64,000 bases of DNA from an uncultured SAR116 cluster alpha proteobacterium (GCA_902590245.1 CACIWG010000001.1:1747-65746); one strand, 5' to 3'; counted from the stretch's first letter, positions 37,990 through 48,216 are shown. A program made the numbers and translations. The notes: generated from the letters alone by a model not told the origin.

Positions 37990-38178
37990 TTAACTAAAAT
38001 TTCCAGAAATTAGTTTTGCACTTTTGAATTCTATTTTTTTTGGTTTTTTTCCATAAAATCGAGATATTCTTAGTTGGTCTTTGGCTTCGTCTGTAGCTTC
38101 TTGCAGTGATCCTTTAATTGGTCTACTCGACCAATCTCTACCATCTACTACAAATGTTATAATATATGTTGTTTCCAT
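37990..38178 (-). CDS. Hypothetical small protein
   Basis: 62-aa ORF co-directional between the MBL lipoprotein and cyclase A. Confidence 0.35.
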   Translation of the reverse strand: METTYIITFVVDGRDWSSRPIKGSLQEATDEAKDQLRISRFYGKKPKKIEFKSAKLISGNFS

Positions 38179-38214
38179 AATATTTACCTACAAATAATTA
38201 AATTACCTTTTTAT

Positions 38215-39363
38215 TTAATCAATTAATTTTTTCCACCAATTATATAATTTTGGTTTTGATTTTAGATCAACACTTTCACCAATCATTGGTATTAATAAAT
38301 CTATGTTCTTATTTTTAGCCCTTCTTTCAATTTCAACTGGTGGATCATACCAATCATGCATAGCTAGTGTGAACATACCCCATCCAATTGGCACCAAATA
38401 TTTTCCTTTTAAATCTTCAAATCCCTTTATAACTTCATTAGGCATATTGTGTGCAGCTCTCCACCTTTCGTTATATTGTCCACTATCCATAAAAACGATA
38501 TCAAATGGTCCAAATTTTTTTCCTATATTTTGATAATGATCAGCATAACCAGAGTCACCACTAAAAAATATTGATTTTTTATTGGATCTAATTACCCAGG
38601 ATGACCACAATGTCTTTTGTGAATCAATAAAACCTTTTCTTCCGGAGAAATGTTGTGCAGGTGTGCATATAAAATGTAAATCTTCAATAATAATTTTATC
38701 CCACCAATCTAATTCAATAATATTATTATTTGGAACTCCCCATTTAAGTAAGTGAGATGAAACACCTAATGGTGCAATAAATTTTGCATTTTTATCAATA
38801 AAATACTTAATTGTATTTATATCTAAATGATCATAGTGATCATGAGATATCAATATGTAATCAACATGAGGCAATTCATCTAGAACATATACTGGTTTTT
38901 GATATCTTTTTATAAACCAGCTAAAAGGAGAAGCAGATGGTGAAAAAACTGGATCAGTTAAAATTATTTTATTATTTATAGATATCATTAGGCTTGAATG
39001 ACCAAACCAAACAAATTTAATATTATTTAATGATTTTTTGAAATCCTCATTTATCAGATTTTTTTTCTCTGGCAAAAATACCTTTGGATTTGTCTCATTA
39101 GAACTAAAAAACCAGTTATTTTTGAGGTTTTTTAATGGTTTTTTCCAAAAACTTCCCTCTTCTTTCATTTTTTCAATAATACCAATTTCTTCATTAACGA
39201 ATTTATCTTGATTTAAATCATAATTCTCTGATTTAGTTAAAGATAATTTATATTCACCAGATGGTATATTCCCAAATTGTTCACAACTTGTAAGAAATAA
39301 AATGCTTAAAATAGATAATAATGAAACTATCATAAGACATAAATATAAAATTTTTTTAAACAT
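38215..39363 (-). CDS. MBL-fold metallo-hydrolase lipoprotein (NAPE-PLD/COG2220-like)
   Basis: 382 aa with lipobox FLTSC, ISHDHYDHLD and the later FSGDSGY. Confidence 0.8.
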   Translation of the reverse strand: MFKKILYLCLMIVSLLSILSILFLTSCEQFGNIPSGEYKLSLTKSENYDLNQDKFVNEEIGIIEKMKEEGSFWKKPLKNLKNNWFFSSNETNPKVFLPEKKNLINEDFKKSLNNIKFVWFGHSSLMISINNKIILTDPVFSPSASPFSWFIKRYQKPVYVLDELPHVDYILISHDHYDHLDINTIKYFIDKNAKFIAPLGVSSHLLKWGVPNNNIIELDWWDKIIIEDLHFICTPAQHFSGRKGFIDSQKTLWSSWVIRSNKKSIFFSGDSGYADHYQNIGKKFGPFDIVFMDSGQYNERWRAAHNMPNEVIKGFEDLKGKYLVPIGWGMFTLAMHDWYDPPVEIERRAKNKNIDLLIPMIGESVDLKSKPKLYNWWKKLID

Positions 39364-39370
39364 ATTTTAA

Positions 39371-41536
39371 TTATTTTTCAGAATATTCTACGATTGGTGA
39401 CCAATTTTTAATTAAAGTTGTTTTTTTAAGTAAATTTTCACATCTACTTTTGTATAAAAAATTGATGTGATCATCAGGATTAATATCAAAAATTTTATTA
39501 AATAATTTCGAAGCATTTTTAAATTTTTTATTATGATACTGTTCAATACCTTTTTCAAAGTCTTTAATTGTATCTTTTTTTAGTTTATATAAATCGCTCG
39601 CATTACTATCGACAACTTCATATATCGAAAATGACTCGGATTTCCCTTTAACTTTTACTATATCAACGAATCTAGTAAATAAATTTTTTTGCTTTATTTT
39701 TTTCTTTGTGTCTTCGCTAATTAAAATATCAGATTTGTAAACTTTCGTTAAACTTTCTAATCTTGATGCAATATTTACTGCATCACTTATTACAGAGCCT
39801 TCCATTCGATTAGATTCACCTAGTGTGCCTAACATCATCTTTCCTGTATTTATACCTATGCCAATTTTAATTGGGTCTTGTCCACTTATTAAGGATTTTT
39901 GATTATAAGAATTTAAACTTTTGTGCATTTCAATAGCTGCAATAATTGCATCTTTCTCAGATGTTTTAAACAAAGCCATAACACCATCACCCATGAATTT
40001 ATCAATATAACCATTATTTTTTCTTATTAACGGTCCAATATTATTTAAATAAGAATTTACAAATTTAAAATTTTCTTCTGGTGACATTTTTTCTGATATA
40101 GAGGTAAAAGATCTAATATCAGCAAACAAAATACTCATGTTAATACTAACCTGGTCTCCAAGCTTAACATCTAAAATACTATCCTTTCCTAAATATTCTA
40201 AAAGTTGCTTCGGAACAAATCTTTGATATGCTTTTGTTAGTTTTACCTGTTGTTCAAAAAGTGAATTTTTCATGTCATTTAGTTGCTGTGCCACAGCAAA
40301 ACCAAACGTAATGAACATTGCTATAAATAAAACACCTACCGAGGAAGATATTATAAACCAAGTTACCCAAGTAAAATCTAAAATAAGGTAAGATATCAAA
40401 GACACTGGAACAGATAGAAATGGTAGAAGAAATGAAACAAACAAGTATTTAGAATATTTGCTACCTTTTTTCCATAATTTATATGATAAAATTGCTGAAG
40501 TTAGTAATAATAATAAAAAAGGTATTGTTAAAAACTTCATCTGGATAATACCAGGACCACCTCGATCAGGAGGATAATTCACCAAATCAATATATTTTTC
40601 AGTTGGCCAATTCAATGAAGTAAAAAAGTTAATTATGACCATTAATAAATAAAATATGATTATAAATATATATATCTTGTCAACTTTTGGAAAAGTTATT
40701 CTTAAATTCATTGATGACCTAAAAAATTGTAAAAGTAGAATAAATAAAATTGAAATCTGACATAATGAAAATTCGCTATGATAAACCCAACGATCTATAG
40801 ATAATACTTTACCTATTACTAGATTTGTTGTTGATAATATTGATAGTTGGAACAAGCTCAATGACAGCCAAATATATGGGCCCTTAGAGACTATAAACAT
40901 AAACAAATAATAAAGTGCAAAAGAAAATACGATTGATATAGTAGCTATATTTGACAATATACTTAGATATTGTTGGAAACGAACAGTTTCCCAAGTTCCA
41001 ATGCCAATTCTATCTAGGCCATTTGTCTTTCCCATGTACCTATCTAAAGGATTATTTCTAAAATAGTTATAAACTATAGTTACTTCATTTTTAGGTAATA
41101 AAATTTTATATTTGTCTAAAACCCTTCCTTCATCAATCCATCTATCAGTTTCAAAATTCCAATAGGAATACATCTTTTCTAATCCATTAAAATCAGTAAA
41201 AACCTTTTTTTCAGTATTCCAATTATGAAAAAGACCTATTTCATTTGTATTAAAATTATTTAAAATTTTAAATCTAATCCAATATCCATCAACTATAGAT
41301 TGGTAATTTTTTAGATTCTTTTTCCAACTTCCTTTTTTGAGTTCTTTAAGAGTTGCATTATGATCGTACCCTTCTAAATACTCAAAGTGTTTGTATGGAA
41401 TATTTTCTAAACTTTTTGAGCCAATTGTAAATGGTGCTAAAATTTGATCATTACTTTTAGCTAAGGATAATTTTTGAAAAAAAAATAAATTAGAAAAAAA
41501 AGAAAAGCATATTAGTGAAAAGGATAGAAATTTCAT
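39371..41536 (-). CDS. 7TM-DISM receptor (DISMED2-like extracellular domain plus 7 TM) fused to a class III nucleotidyl cyclase
   Basis: 721 aa with a signal peptide, an ~160-aa extracytoplasmic domain and ~7 hydrophobic helices. C-terminal motifs are ILFADIRSFTSISE, KFMGDGVMALF and SDAVNIASRLE. Confidence 0.85.
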   Translation of the reverse strand: MKFLSFSLICFSFFSNLFFFQKLSLAKSNDQILAPFTIGSKSLENIPYKHFEYLEGYDHNATLKELKKGSWKKNLKNYQSIVDGYWIRFKILNNFNTNEIGLFHNWNTEKKVFTDFNGLEKMYSYWNFETDRWIDEGRVLDKYKILLPKNEVTIVYNYFRNNPLDRYMGKTNGLDRIGIGTWETVRFQQYLSILSNIATISIVFSFALYYLFMFIVSKGPYIWLSLSLFQLSILSTTNLVIGKVLSIDRWVYHSEFSLCQISILFILLLQFFRSSMNLRITFPKVDKIYIFIIIFYLLMVIINFFTSLNWPTEKYIDLVNYPPDRGGPGIIQMKFLTIPFLLLLLTSAILSYKLWKKGSKYSKYLFVSFLLPFLSVPVSLISYLILDFTWVTWFIISSSVGVLFIAMFITFGFAVAQQLNDMKNSLFEQQVKLTKAYQRFVPKQLLEYLGKDSILDVKLGDQVSINMSILFADIRSFTSISEKMSPEENFKFVNSYLNNIGPLIRKNNGYIDKFMGDGVMALFKTSEKDAIIAAIEMHKSLNSYNQKSLISGQDPIKIGIGINTGKMMLGTLGESNRMEGSVISDAVNIASRLESLTKVYKSDILISEDTKKKIKQKNLFTRFVDIVKVKGKSESFSIYEVVDSNASDLYKLKKDTIKDFEKGIEQYHNKKFKNASKLFNKIFDINPDDHINFLYKSRCENLLKKTTLIKNWSPIVEYSEK

Positions 41537-41577
41537 ATATTTAAATATATTTTAAAAATCTTTGAAATAATCAGACA

Positions 41578-43476
41578 TTATTCAAATCCATATTTTTTTA
41601 ATACTTTTTCATATACTGGGTAGCTTAATTTTTCATTATTATATTTTTTAAATATATCATAAATTTTAGTTAATTTATTTGTCTTAATAGCTAGTTTAAC
41701 ATTTTCAAAATGACCTTCTGCAGTTTTAAATTTATTCTCAAAATGAGATGCTACACCAGAGTGTATTTCGTACCAAAATTTCTTTTGATGAGGCATTGTA
41801 CTCATCATCTTTAATGCACTTTTTCCATCTTTCACAATATTATAACATACAGCTAACATATAATTATCCATAACTACAAAATTCCCTGTGTCCATTTTAT
41901 TAGCAATTAACCCCATTTCCCAACAACCACGATGAAACTGACATTCATTATTTAATGTATCCTTGGGTTGTTCATTGGAACTACTTACATTGTCTAATGT
42001 ACAATTACCTCCAAATGCAACATTCATTGCTAAATTACTAAGTACGTTTGGATCTCCTGAGTTTTGTTCAAATGCTTTATCAGCTGAATTAAACATTTGT
42101 TCCCAATTTTTTTTGTGAAATTCTATCTGAGTTTTAACCATAAGACCTGTTGATGATTTAGGATCAAGTCTTAAGGCATTTTCAATATATTTTGATGCGT
42201 CCTTCAACAAATGATTATTTTCTTGATCAGGATAATCTGCATATAAATTTCTGGTTCGCGCAGCTAACCATACCCAGGCATCAGCATAATTAGGATCTTT
42301 TTTAACAGATTCCTTTAAACAATTTACTGCTTTCATTCTATCTTTTAAAACTATTTCTGAATTTCGTGCTAGATTTATACATTCATATATCGTTATATCA
42401 CTGGTTTTACTACTTGCTATTTTTTTATTAATATCTTTAGAGAGCACTGCTCCAGCTCCTACCAATTCATTAATAATTTTTTTAATTATTTCATCTTGCA
42501 AGGCAAAAATATTTTTACCTGTCAAATCTCTGTCATATGTTTCAGACCAAATATTTGATATGTTCTTACCATCAATCAAATCAACCTTGACTCTAAGCAT
42601 GTTATCAATTTGCATGATGTTACCATCTACAAAATAAGAAGCGTTTGTTTTTTTTGATACTTCACTTAAATCTTTTGGAATTTTTTTTAAATTTAATATA
42701 TTCAATGCTTTAGAAGACTTTGTTAGTTTTGACCCTAAGTCTTGAGATATACCAAGAGCTAAAAGTTTTTCTTTTTTTGTGTCACTTAAACTTTTAAAAG
42801 GAAGTACAACTATTTTACTGGTATCAAGTTTTTTCTCAGTTTCGAAAATTCCAGTAAAAAATAATCCTATAAACACTGCAGCTATAGCACCCCCTACTAG
42901 TCCAATAAGTTTTGCCTTTGATGATTGAGTTTTTAATTTTCTTTTTTGTGAAGGGTCTAGTAACAAGTCATATGCATGAAATGTATTTTCTTTGACCTTC
43001 TGCTCACCAAGATCATTAAATTCATACTTTGTTTTCTTAGCAACCAAGTCATAAACATTCTTAGCTATTGTTATCCCACCAGGCTGTGCCAAGGCCTCTA
43101 AACGAGCGGCAATGTTTACACCATCGCCCATAAGGTTCTTATCACCTTGCTTTACAACATCACCCATGTTTATACCTATACGGTATTCTAATTTGACCTG
43201 TGTTGTTTCTTTGGCATTACGCTCTTTAATTTTCTTTTGGAACTCTACAGCCATATTGATAGCTGCTACAGCGCTTGGAAATTCTGCGAAGACAGAGTCT
43301 CCACCTGTATTAAATATTCTACCCTTCTGCTTTTTTATGATGGGCTCAATTATATTATTACATTCATTGAGACTTGCTAAAGTAGCATCTTCGTCTTTTT
43401 CCATATGTTTACTGTAGCCAACAACATCCGTGGCAAATATAACAGCAATTTTACGGTCGGTATCTTGAGTAGACAT
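41578..43476 (-). CDS. Class III adenylate/guanylate cyclase, paralog B (same architecture as paralog A)
   Basis: 632 aa. The first ~349 residues are identical to paralog A, the remainder is diverged but collinear, and both end in KKYGFE. Confidence 0.85.
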   Translation of the reverse strand: MSTQDTDRKIAVIFATDVVGYSKHMEKDEDATLASLNECNNIIEPIIKKQKGRIFNTGGDSVFAEFPSAVAAINMAVEFQKKIKERNAKETTQVKLEYRIGINMGDVVKQGDKNLMGDGVNIAARLEALAQPGGITIAKNVYDLVAKKTKYEFNDLGEQKVKENTFHAYDLLLDPSQKRKLKTQSSKAKLIGLVGGAIAAVFIGLFFTGIFETEKKLDTSKIVVLPFKSLSDTKKEKLLALGISQDLGSKLTKSSKALNILNLKKIPKDLSEVSKKTNASYFVDGNIMQIDNMLRVKVDLIDGKNISNIWSETYDRDLTGKNIFALQDEIIKKIINELVGAGAVLSKDINKKIASSKTSDITIYECINLARNSEIVLKDRMKAVNCLKESVKKDPNYADAWVWLAARTRNLYADYPDQENNHLLKDASKYIENALRLDPKSSTGLMVKTQIEFHKKNWEQMFNSADKAFEQNSGDPNVLSNLAMNVAFGGNCTLDNVSSSNEQPKDTLNNECQFHRGCWEMGLIANKMDTGNFVVMDNYMLAVCYNIVKDGKSALKMMSTMPHQKKFWYEIHSGVASHFENKFKTAEGHFENVKLAIKTNKLTKIYDIFKKYNNEKLSYPVYEKVLKKYGFE

Positions 43477-43499
43477 AGATGAGTTAACTATACATATTT
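42431..43499. repeat. Direct repeat copy 2 (1,069 bp, reads as identical to 36898-37966)
   Basis: See copy 1. Identity ends at 43499/43500 on the leader side and 42431/42430 on the CDS side. Confidence 0.9.
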
Positions 43500-43522
43500 T
43501 AGCAAAATTAGAAATAAGTAAT

Positions 43523-45340
43523 TTAATCTATTAATTTGATACCTCCACCGTTTTCAGAACCTTGAGAATGAATCCTTAATGTATTAAAAATATTTCTTCC
43601 AAAAGATTGGTTTTTTTTCATATCTTTTAAAAGTGAATTTTTTCGTTTACTTATGTCAGTTAAAATATTTAATTTACCATTATTTGCATCTATTTCAATT
43701 TCATCGTCATCTTCAATTTTTCCTATAACACCATTATCAATTGCTTCAGGAGTTACATGGATCGCTGCAAGAATTTTACCTGAAGCACCAGACATTCTTC
43801 CATCAGTTAATAACGCAACTTTAAATCCTAAATCTTGAACATTTGATAACATCGGTGTTAATGAATGTAATTCTGGCATTCCATTAGCTTTGGGTCCTTG
43901 GTTACGAACAACAATAATAACATTTCTATTCAATTTTCCTTTTTCATAAGCTTTTTTTACTTCTTCTTGATCGTCAAATACCAATGTTTTTGCCTTAATG
44001 TATCTAAACTGTTCTTTGACAGCTGAAATTTTTGCAACACATTTACCAATATTTCCATTTAACATTTTTAAACCACCATCATTTTGATGTGGTTTTTTTA
44101 CATATCTAAGAATATCTAAATCAAAGGACTTAACCTCACTTTTTTTCCAATTTATTTTAGAGTTTATTAGTGTTGGTTCATATACATAATCAAATAAATT
44201 TTCTCCCCAAATTGTTTGAGCAGATCCGTCTAATAATCCATTATTTAACAATTCACCAATTATAAAACTAACACCACCAGCTGCATGAAATTGATTTATA
44301 TCAGAACTACCATTAGGATAGACCTTTGATAATAGTGGTATGATTTTTGATAAATCATCAAAATCTTCCCATAAAAGCTTTATACCAGCCGCCGCTGCCA
44401 TTGCTGGAAGATGTAAGGTATGATTAGTTGAACCACCAGTAGCAAGCAAACCTATTATTGCATTAACAAAACTTCTTTCATCAATTATTTTTCCTATTGG
44501 CCTAACATCTCTTCCTTTACTATTTATTTTAACAGCTTGTTCAACGGCAAGAACATTATAGGCATGTCTTAAATCACTGTTTGGATGAACAAATGCCGCC
44601 CCTGGAATATGAACACCCATAATTTCCATTATTATTTGGTTAGAATTAGCTGTTCCATAAAATGTACAAGTTCCTTCACCATGATATGCTTTGCTTTCAG
44701 CTTTTATTAATTCTTCTCTACTAACCTCACCCTTTGCAAAGGCCTTTCTTACATTTGCTTTTTCTTCATTTGGAAGTCCGCTTGACATTGGGCCCGCTGG
44801 CATGAATATAACTGGCAAATATCCAAAAGATAAAGCTCCTATAAAAAGTCCTGGGATAATTTTATCACAAATTCCTAAACAAATTGCAGAATCATAAACA
44901 CCATGACTTAATGCAATTGCAGTTGACATGGCGATGACATCTCTTGACATTAAAGATAACTCCATACCTACTCTACCTTGAGTAATTCCATCACACATAG
45001 CGGGAACACCTCCAGCCATTTGAGCTGTTGCTCCATATTGATGAGCTATTGATTTAATAAGACTTGGATAATTTTCATAAGGCTTATGAGCGGATAACAT
45101 GTCATTATATGAAGAAACAATCCCTATATTTGGCTTTTTATTCATTAATATATTTAATTGATCATTCTTTGGTGAAGAGGCTGCTACATGTGCCATGTTT
45201 GAGCAGGAAATTGTATTTCTATCAATTTCACTACTATTTTCCATATCATTAATATTATCTAAATATTTTTTTCTAGTATCTTGACTTCGGTCAATGATTC
45301 TTTCTAAAACTTTCTTTATTTCTGGATGCAATTCAGTCAT
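43523..45340 (-). CDS. edd: Phosphogluconate dehydratase (Entner-Doudoroff)
   Basis: 605 aa in the IlvD/Edd family, with CDGITQGRVGMELSL, TDGRMSGASG and an Edd-type N-terminus. Directly follows pgl. Confidence 0.88.
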   Translation of the reverse strand: MTELHPEIKKVLERIIDRSQDTRKKYLDNINDMENSSEIDRNTISCSNMAHVAASSPKNDQLNILMNKKPNIGIVSSYNDMLSAHKPYENYPSLIKSIAHQYGATAQMAGGVPAMCDGITQGRVGMELSLMSRDVIAMSTAIALSHGVYDSAICLGICDKIIPGLFIGALSFGYLPVIFMPAGPMSSGLPNEEKANVRKAFAKGEVSREELIKAESKAYHGEGTCTFYGTANSNQIIMEIMGVHIPGAAFVHPNSDLRHAYNVLAVEQAVKINSKGRDVRPIGKIIDERSFVNAIIGLLATGGSTNHTLHLPAMAAAAGIKLLWEDFDDLSKIIPLLSKVYPNGSSDINQFHAAGGVSFIIGELLNNGLLDGSAQTIWGENLFDYVYEPTLINSKINWKKSEVKSFDLDILRYVKKPHQNDGGLKMLNGNIGKCVAKISAVKEQFRYIKAKTLVFDDQEEVKKAYEKGKLNRNVIIVVRNQGPKANGMPELHSLTPMLSNVQDLGFKVALLTDGRMSGASGKILAAIHVTPEAIDNGVIGKIEDDDEIEIDANNGKLNILTDISKRKNSLLKDMKKNQSFGRNIFNTLRIHSQGSENGGGIKLID

Positions 45341-45950
45341 TTAATAACTCAATATGAAGGTTGTTTTTTCTATTATTCAAGAGATAATACAATGGTATAT
45401 TTTTATTAGTATAAGCATCTTTTAAAACTTCCTGTTTTATTTTTCCTTTAATTATAATTATGATTAACTTAGATGATAATATTAACGGCAAGTTCATTGA
45501 GATTCTTGGAACAAAGGGATCACCATTAGCTTTTATTTCATTAATATTTAGTTTAGATTTAGGATCTAAAGTATTGGTATTATTTATCATATTCGGGAAT
45601 AAAGATGCAAAATGACCATCACTTCCTATACCTAATAAACATATATCTAAAGGAAATTTAAAATTATTGTCTTTATAAAGATTTTTATTTAAAGGAATGA
45701 AATTACTTATTTGAGCTTCATTTTTAAGTAAATGATTTCTTATCAATTTTTGATTACTATGATCATTTTCTGTATCAACTAATCTATCATCAACAAGAGT
45801 AATTTGAACCTTTGACCAATCTAATTTTTGTTTTGATAATTCATCAAAAATTTTAATTGGACTTGTTCCACCAGGAACTGCCATTGAAGCACTTTCATAT
45901 TTATCAATGCTTAAAGAAAGATTTTTAACTATTAATTCAATTACGTCCAT
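45333..45950 (-). CDS. pgl: 6-phosphogluconolactonase
   Basis: 205 aa with PGGTSP, VDDR and LLGIGSDGHFASLFP. Confidence 0.8.
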   Translation of the reverse strand: MDVIELIVKNLSLSIDKYESASMAVPGGTSPIKIFDELSKQKLDWSKVQITLVDDRLVDTENDHSNQKLIRNHLLKNEAQISNFIPLNKNLYKDNNFKFPLDICLLGIGSDGHFASLFPNMINNTNTLDPKSKLNINEIKANGDPFVPRISMNLPLILSSKLIIIIIKGKIKQEVLKDAYTNKNIPLYYLLNNRKNNLHIELLND

Positions 45951-45953
45951 AAG

Positions 45954-47402
45954 TTATTCTTTCGGGTCAATCCATTCGTGATTATTTCTGATTAAAATTT
46001 TATCTTCTGGACCCATTGTTCCAGATCTATACAACTGGGGTGGATTTGACTGAACTTTATCAACAATAGGATCAATAAAATCCCATGCAGCTAAGACTTC
46101 ATCTAAGCGCATAAATAAGGTTTGGTTTCCTCTAGCTACATCCATTAGTAATCTTTCATAAGCATCTGGCAATCTTTCAACAAATGTTTCATTAAATGAT
46201 AAATTTAATTCCGAAGGAAAGAATCTCATTCCACCTGGACCTGGCTCTTTAGATGTTAACTTTAATCTTAGACCCTCATTCGGCTGAACTCTTATTATAA
46301 GCATATTAGGTTTATCATTATTTTTATCAAAATCTCTTAATTTAGAAAAAATATTATGTGGTTTATTTTTAAAAGTTATTATAATTTCACTTGCTCTAGT
46401 CGATAATTTTTTTCCAGTTCTGAGATAAAAAGGAACTCCTGCCCACCTCCAGTTATCAATACCAACTTGCAATGCAATAAAAGTTTCAGTATTAGTTGGC
46501 TTTCCAAATTCATTTTCATAGCCTTGATATTGGCCAGTTTGTATATCACTGTCACTTAATGATCTTAAAGATTTTAATATACGAAGTTTCTCGTCCCTTA
46601 CTTGATTTGCATCAAAATATGAAGGTGGTTCCATAGCAACTAAACAGAGTAACTGAAGCAAATGATTTTGAACCATATCTCTAATAGCGCCATATTCATT
46701 ATAATAAGAAATTCTATCAGCAACCCCAATTTCTTCAGCTACAGTAATTTGAACATTTTCAATATTTTTATTATCCCATTGGTTTTCAAAAAAAGTATTT
46801 GCAAACCTCAAAGCCATTAGATTTTGAACCGTTTCTTTTCCTAAATAATGGTCAATTCTATAGATTTGTTCTTCCTTAAATGTTTTGTATAAATTTTCAT
46901 TGATCTCTATTGCAGATTGTTTATTAAATCCAATTGGCTTTTCAACAACCACTCGACTATGAGTAAAATTTAATTTTGATTTTCTTATTAAATTACATGT
47001 TGTTTCAAAAAGATTGGATGATATAGCAAGATAAAAAATACATATTTGTTTTTTTTTTAAATTTTTATTTAATAATAAAATTAGATCATTAATTCCTTCA
47101 CCAGTAACTAAATCGAGCGTTATAAGCGATAAAAGTTTGTGAAAATTTTTCCAATTATTTTGTAAAGTTTTACTCAAATAAATAGAATTAAAAGTATGTG
47201 GTTTTATTAAATTTAAGATTGTTTCTAATTCTGTTTTTTTGTGTAAGCAAATAATAATATTTGATTGACTATCAATTTGCTTATCTACAAATCTCCAAAA
47301 TAAAGCGGGAATTATTTTTCTTATAGAAAGATCACCTCCACCTCCAAAAATTACAAAATCAGTAGGACTTATTTTTGCAGCATTTGGAATAGAATTTTTC
47401 AT
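45954..47402 (-). CDS. zwf: Glucose-6-phosphate 1-dehydrogenase
   Basis: 482 aa with FGGGGDLSIRKIIPAL and the active-site RIDHYLGKE. Confidence 0.95.
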   Translation of the reverse strand: MKNSIPNAAKISPTDFVIFGGGGDLSIRKIIPALFWRFVDKQIDSQSNIIICLHKKTELETILNLIKPHTFNSIYLSKTLQNNWKNFHKLLSLITLDLVTGEGINDLILLLNKNLKKKQICIFYLAISSNLFETTCNLIRKSKLNFTHSRVVVEKPIGFNKQSAIEINENLYKTFKEEQIYRIDHYLGKETVQNLMALRFANTFFENQWDNKNIENVQITVAEEIGVADRISYYNEYGAIRDMVQNHLLQLLCLVAMEPPSYFDANQVRDEKLRILKSLRSLSDSDIQTGQYQGYENEFGKPTNTETFIALQVGIDNWRWAGVPFYLRTGKKLSTRASEIIITFKNKPHNIFSKLRDFDKNNDKPNMLIIRVQPNEGLRLKLTSKEPGPGGMRFFPSELNLSFNETFVERLPDAYERLLMDVARGNQTLFMRLDEVLAAWDFIDPIVDKVQSNPPQLYRSGTMGPEDKILIRNNHEWIDPKE

Positions 47403-47535
47403 ATTAACCTATCTACATTTATAAATACTTAAAGAGATATTATGAAATAAATGTCTTGTAAAATGGAATTTATTTAACCTATTGCCTGTTTTTGGATCAA
47501 ATATGAACTTTTTATAAATTAATAAGTGAATTAAA

Positions 47536-48144
47536 TTACAATACTTCACCCTTGATAAGATCTAATACTTCAATTTTACCAATCTTAGAGATTAAATCTC
47601 TCAAAGTTATTCCTTTAGCCTTAGTTTTTGGAGGAGCAAGGTATTCTGCTATTGGCTCAATAGATAAAAATCTTTTTCTTTCTTGAGGATATTTCCGTGA
47701 ATGAAATACTGGAATAGTGTCTGAATCTAATTCAATAAAATCCTCTGGATGATCTTGTAGATTAATAACTGATTTTGGTGGAATTTGAACATTAAAGTTT
47801 TGTTTACAGTAATCAGGTTGTATCATGAAAATATTATTGTGGTAGTTTGTATGATCAACTGCTATACAAGAATAGCAGTTTTTACAATATATTCTGGTAG
47901 AACTTGCATCTTCTTGTAAATGAGTAACAACCATACTTTCTAAACCAAAATAATTTAATATATCAGAACGGAAATAAACTGAATAAAGAATATTTTTTGG
48001 TTTTTTACCTCCATTCTTTTCAGCCCAACTTAATGCTTGTCTACAGTCCTCACATGCACACATTACTGAATATTTAGGAGATGTGTCATTTAATTCTATT
48101 CCACATTTACCACAAGAGCATGAAATTTTATTTTTAATCTCCAT
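47536..48144 (-). CDS. GFA-family protein (glutathione-dependent formaldehyde-activating-enzyme-like)
   Basis: 202 aa. Cys pattern CSC...CACEDC...CKNCYSC matches the two Zn sites of Gfa-type proteins. Confidence 0.6.
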   Translation of the reverse strand: MEIKNKISCSCGKCGIELNDTSPKYSVMCACEDCRQALSWAEKNGGKKPKNILYSVYFRSDILNYFGLESMVVTHLQEDASSTRIYCKNCYSCIAVDHTNYHNNIFMIQPDYCKQNFNVQIPPKSVINLQDHPEDFIELDSDTIPVFHSRKYPQERKRFLSIEPIAEYLAPPKTKAKGITLRDLISKIGKIEVLDLIKGEVL

Positions 48145-48216
48145 AATATAACTTTAAAAAAAAAATTAAATTTGAAATATTTTAATTTTTAAAAATTAAG
48201 AGTGCTTATAAGATAA

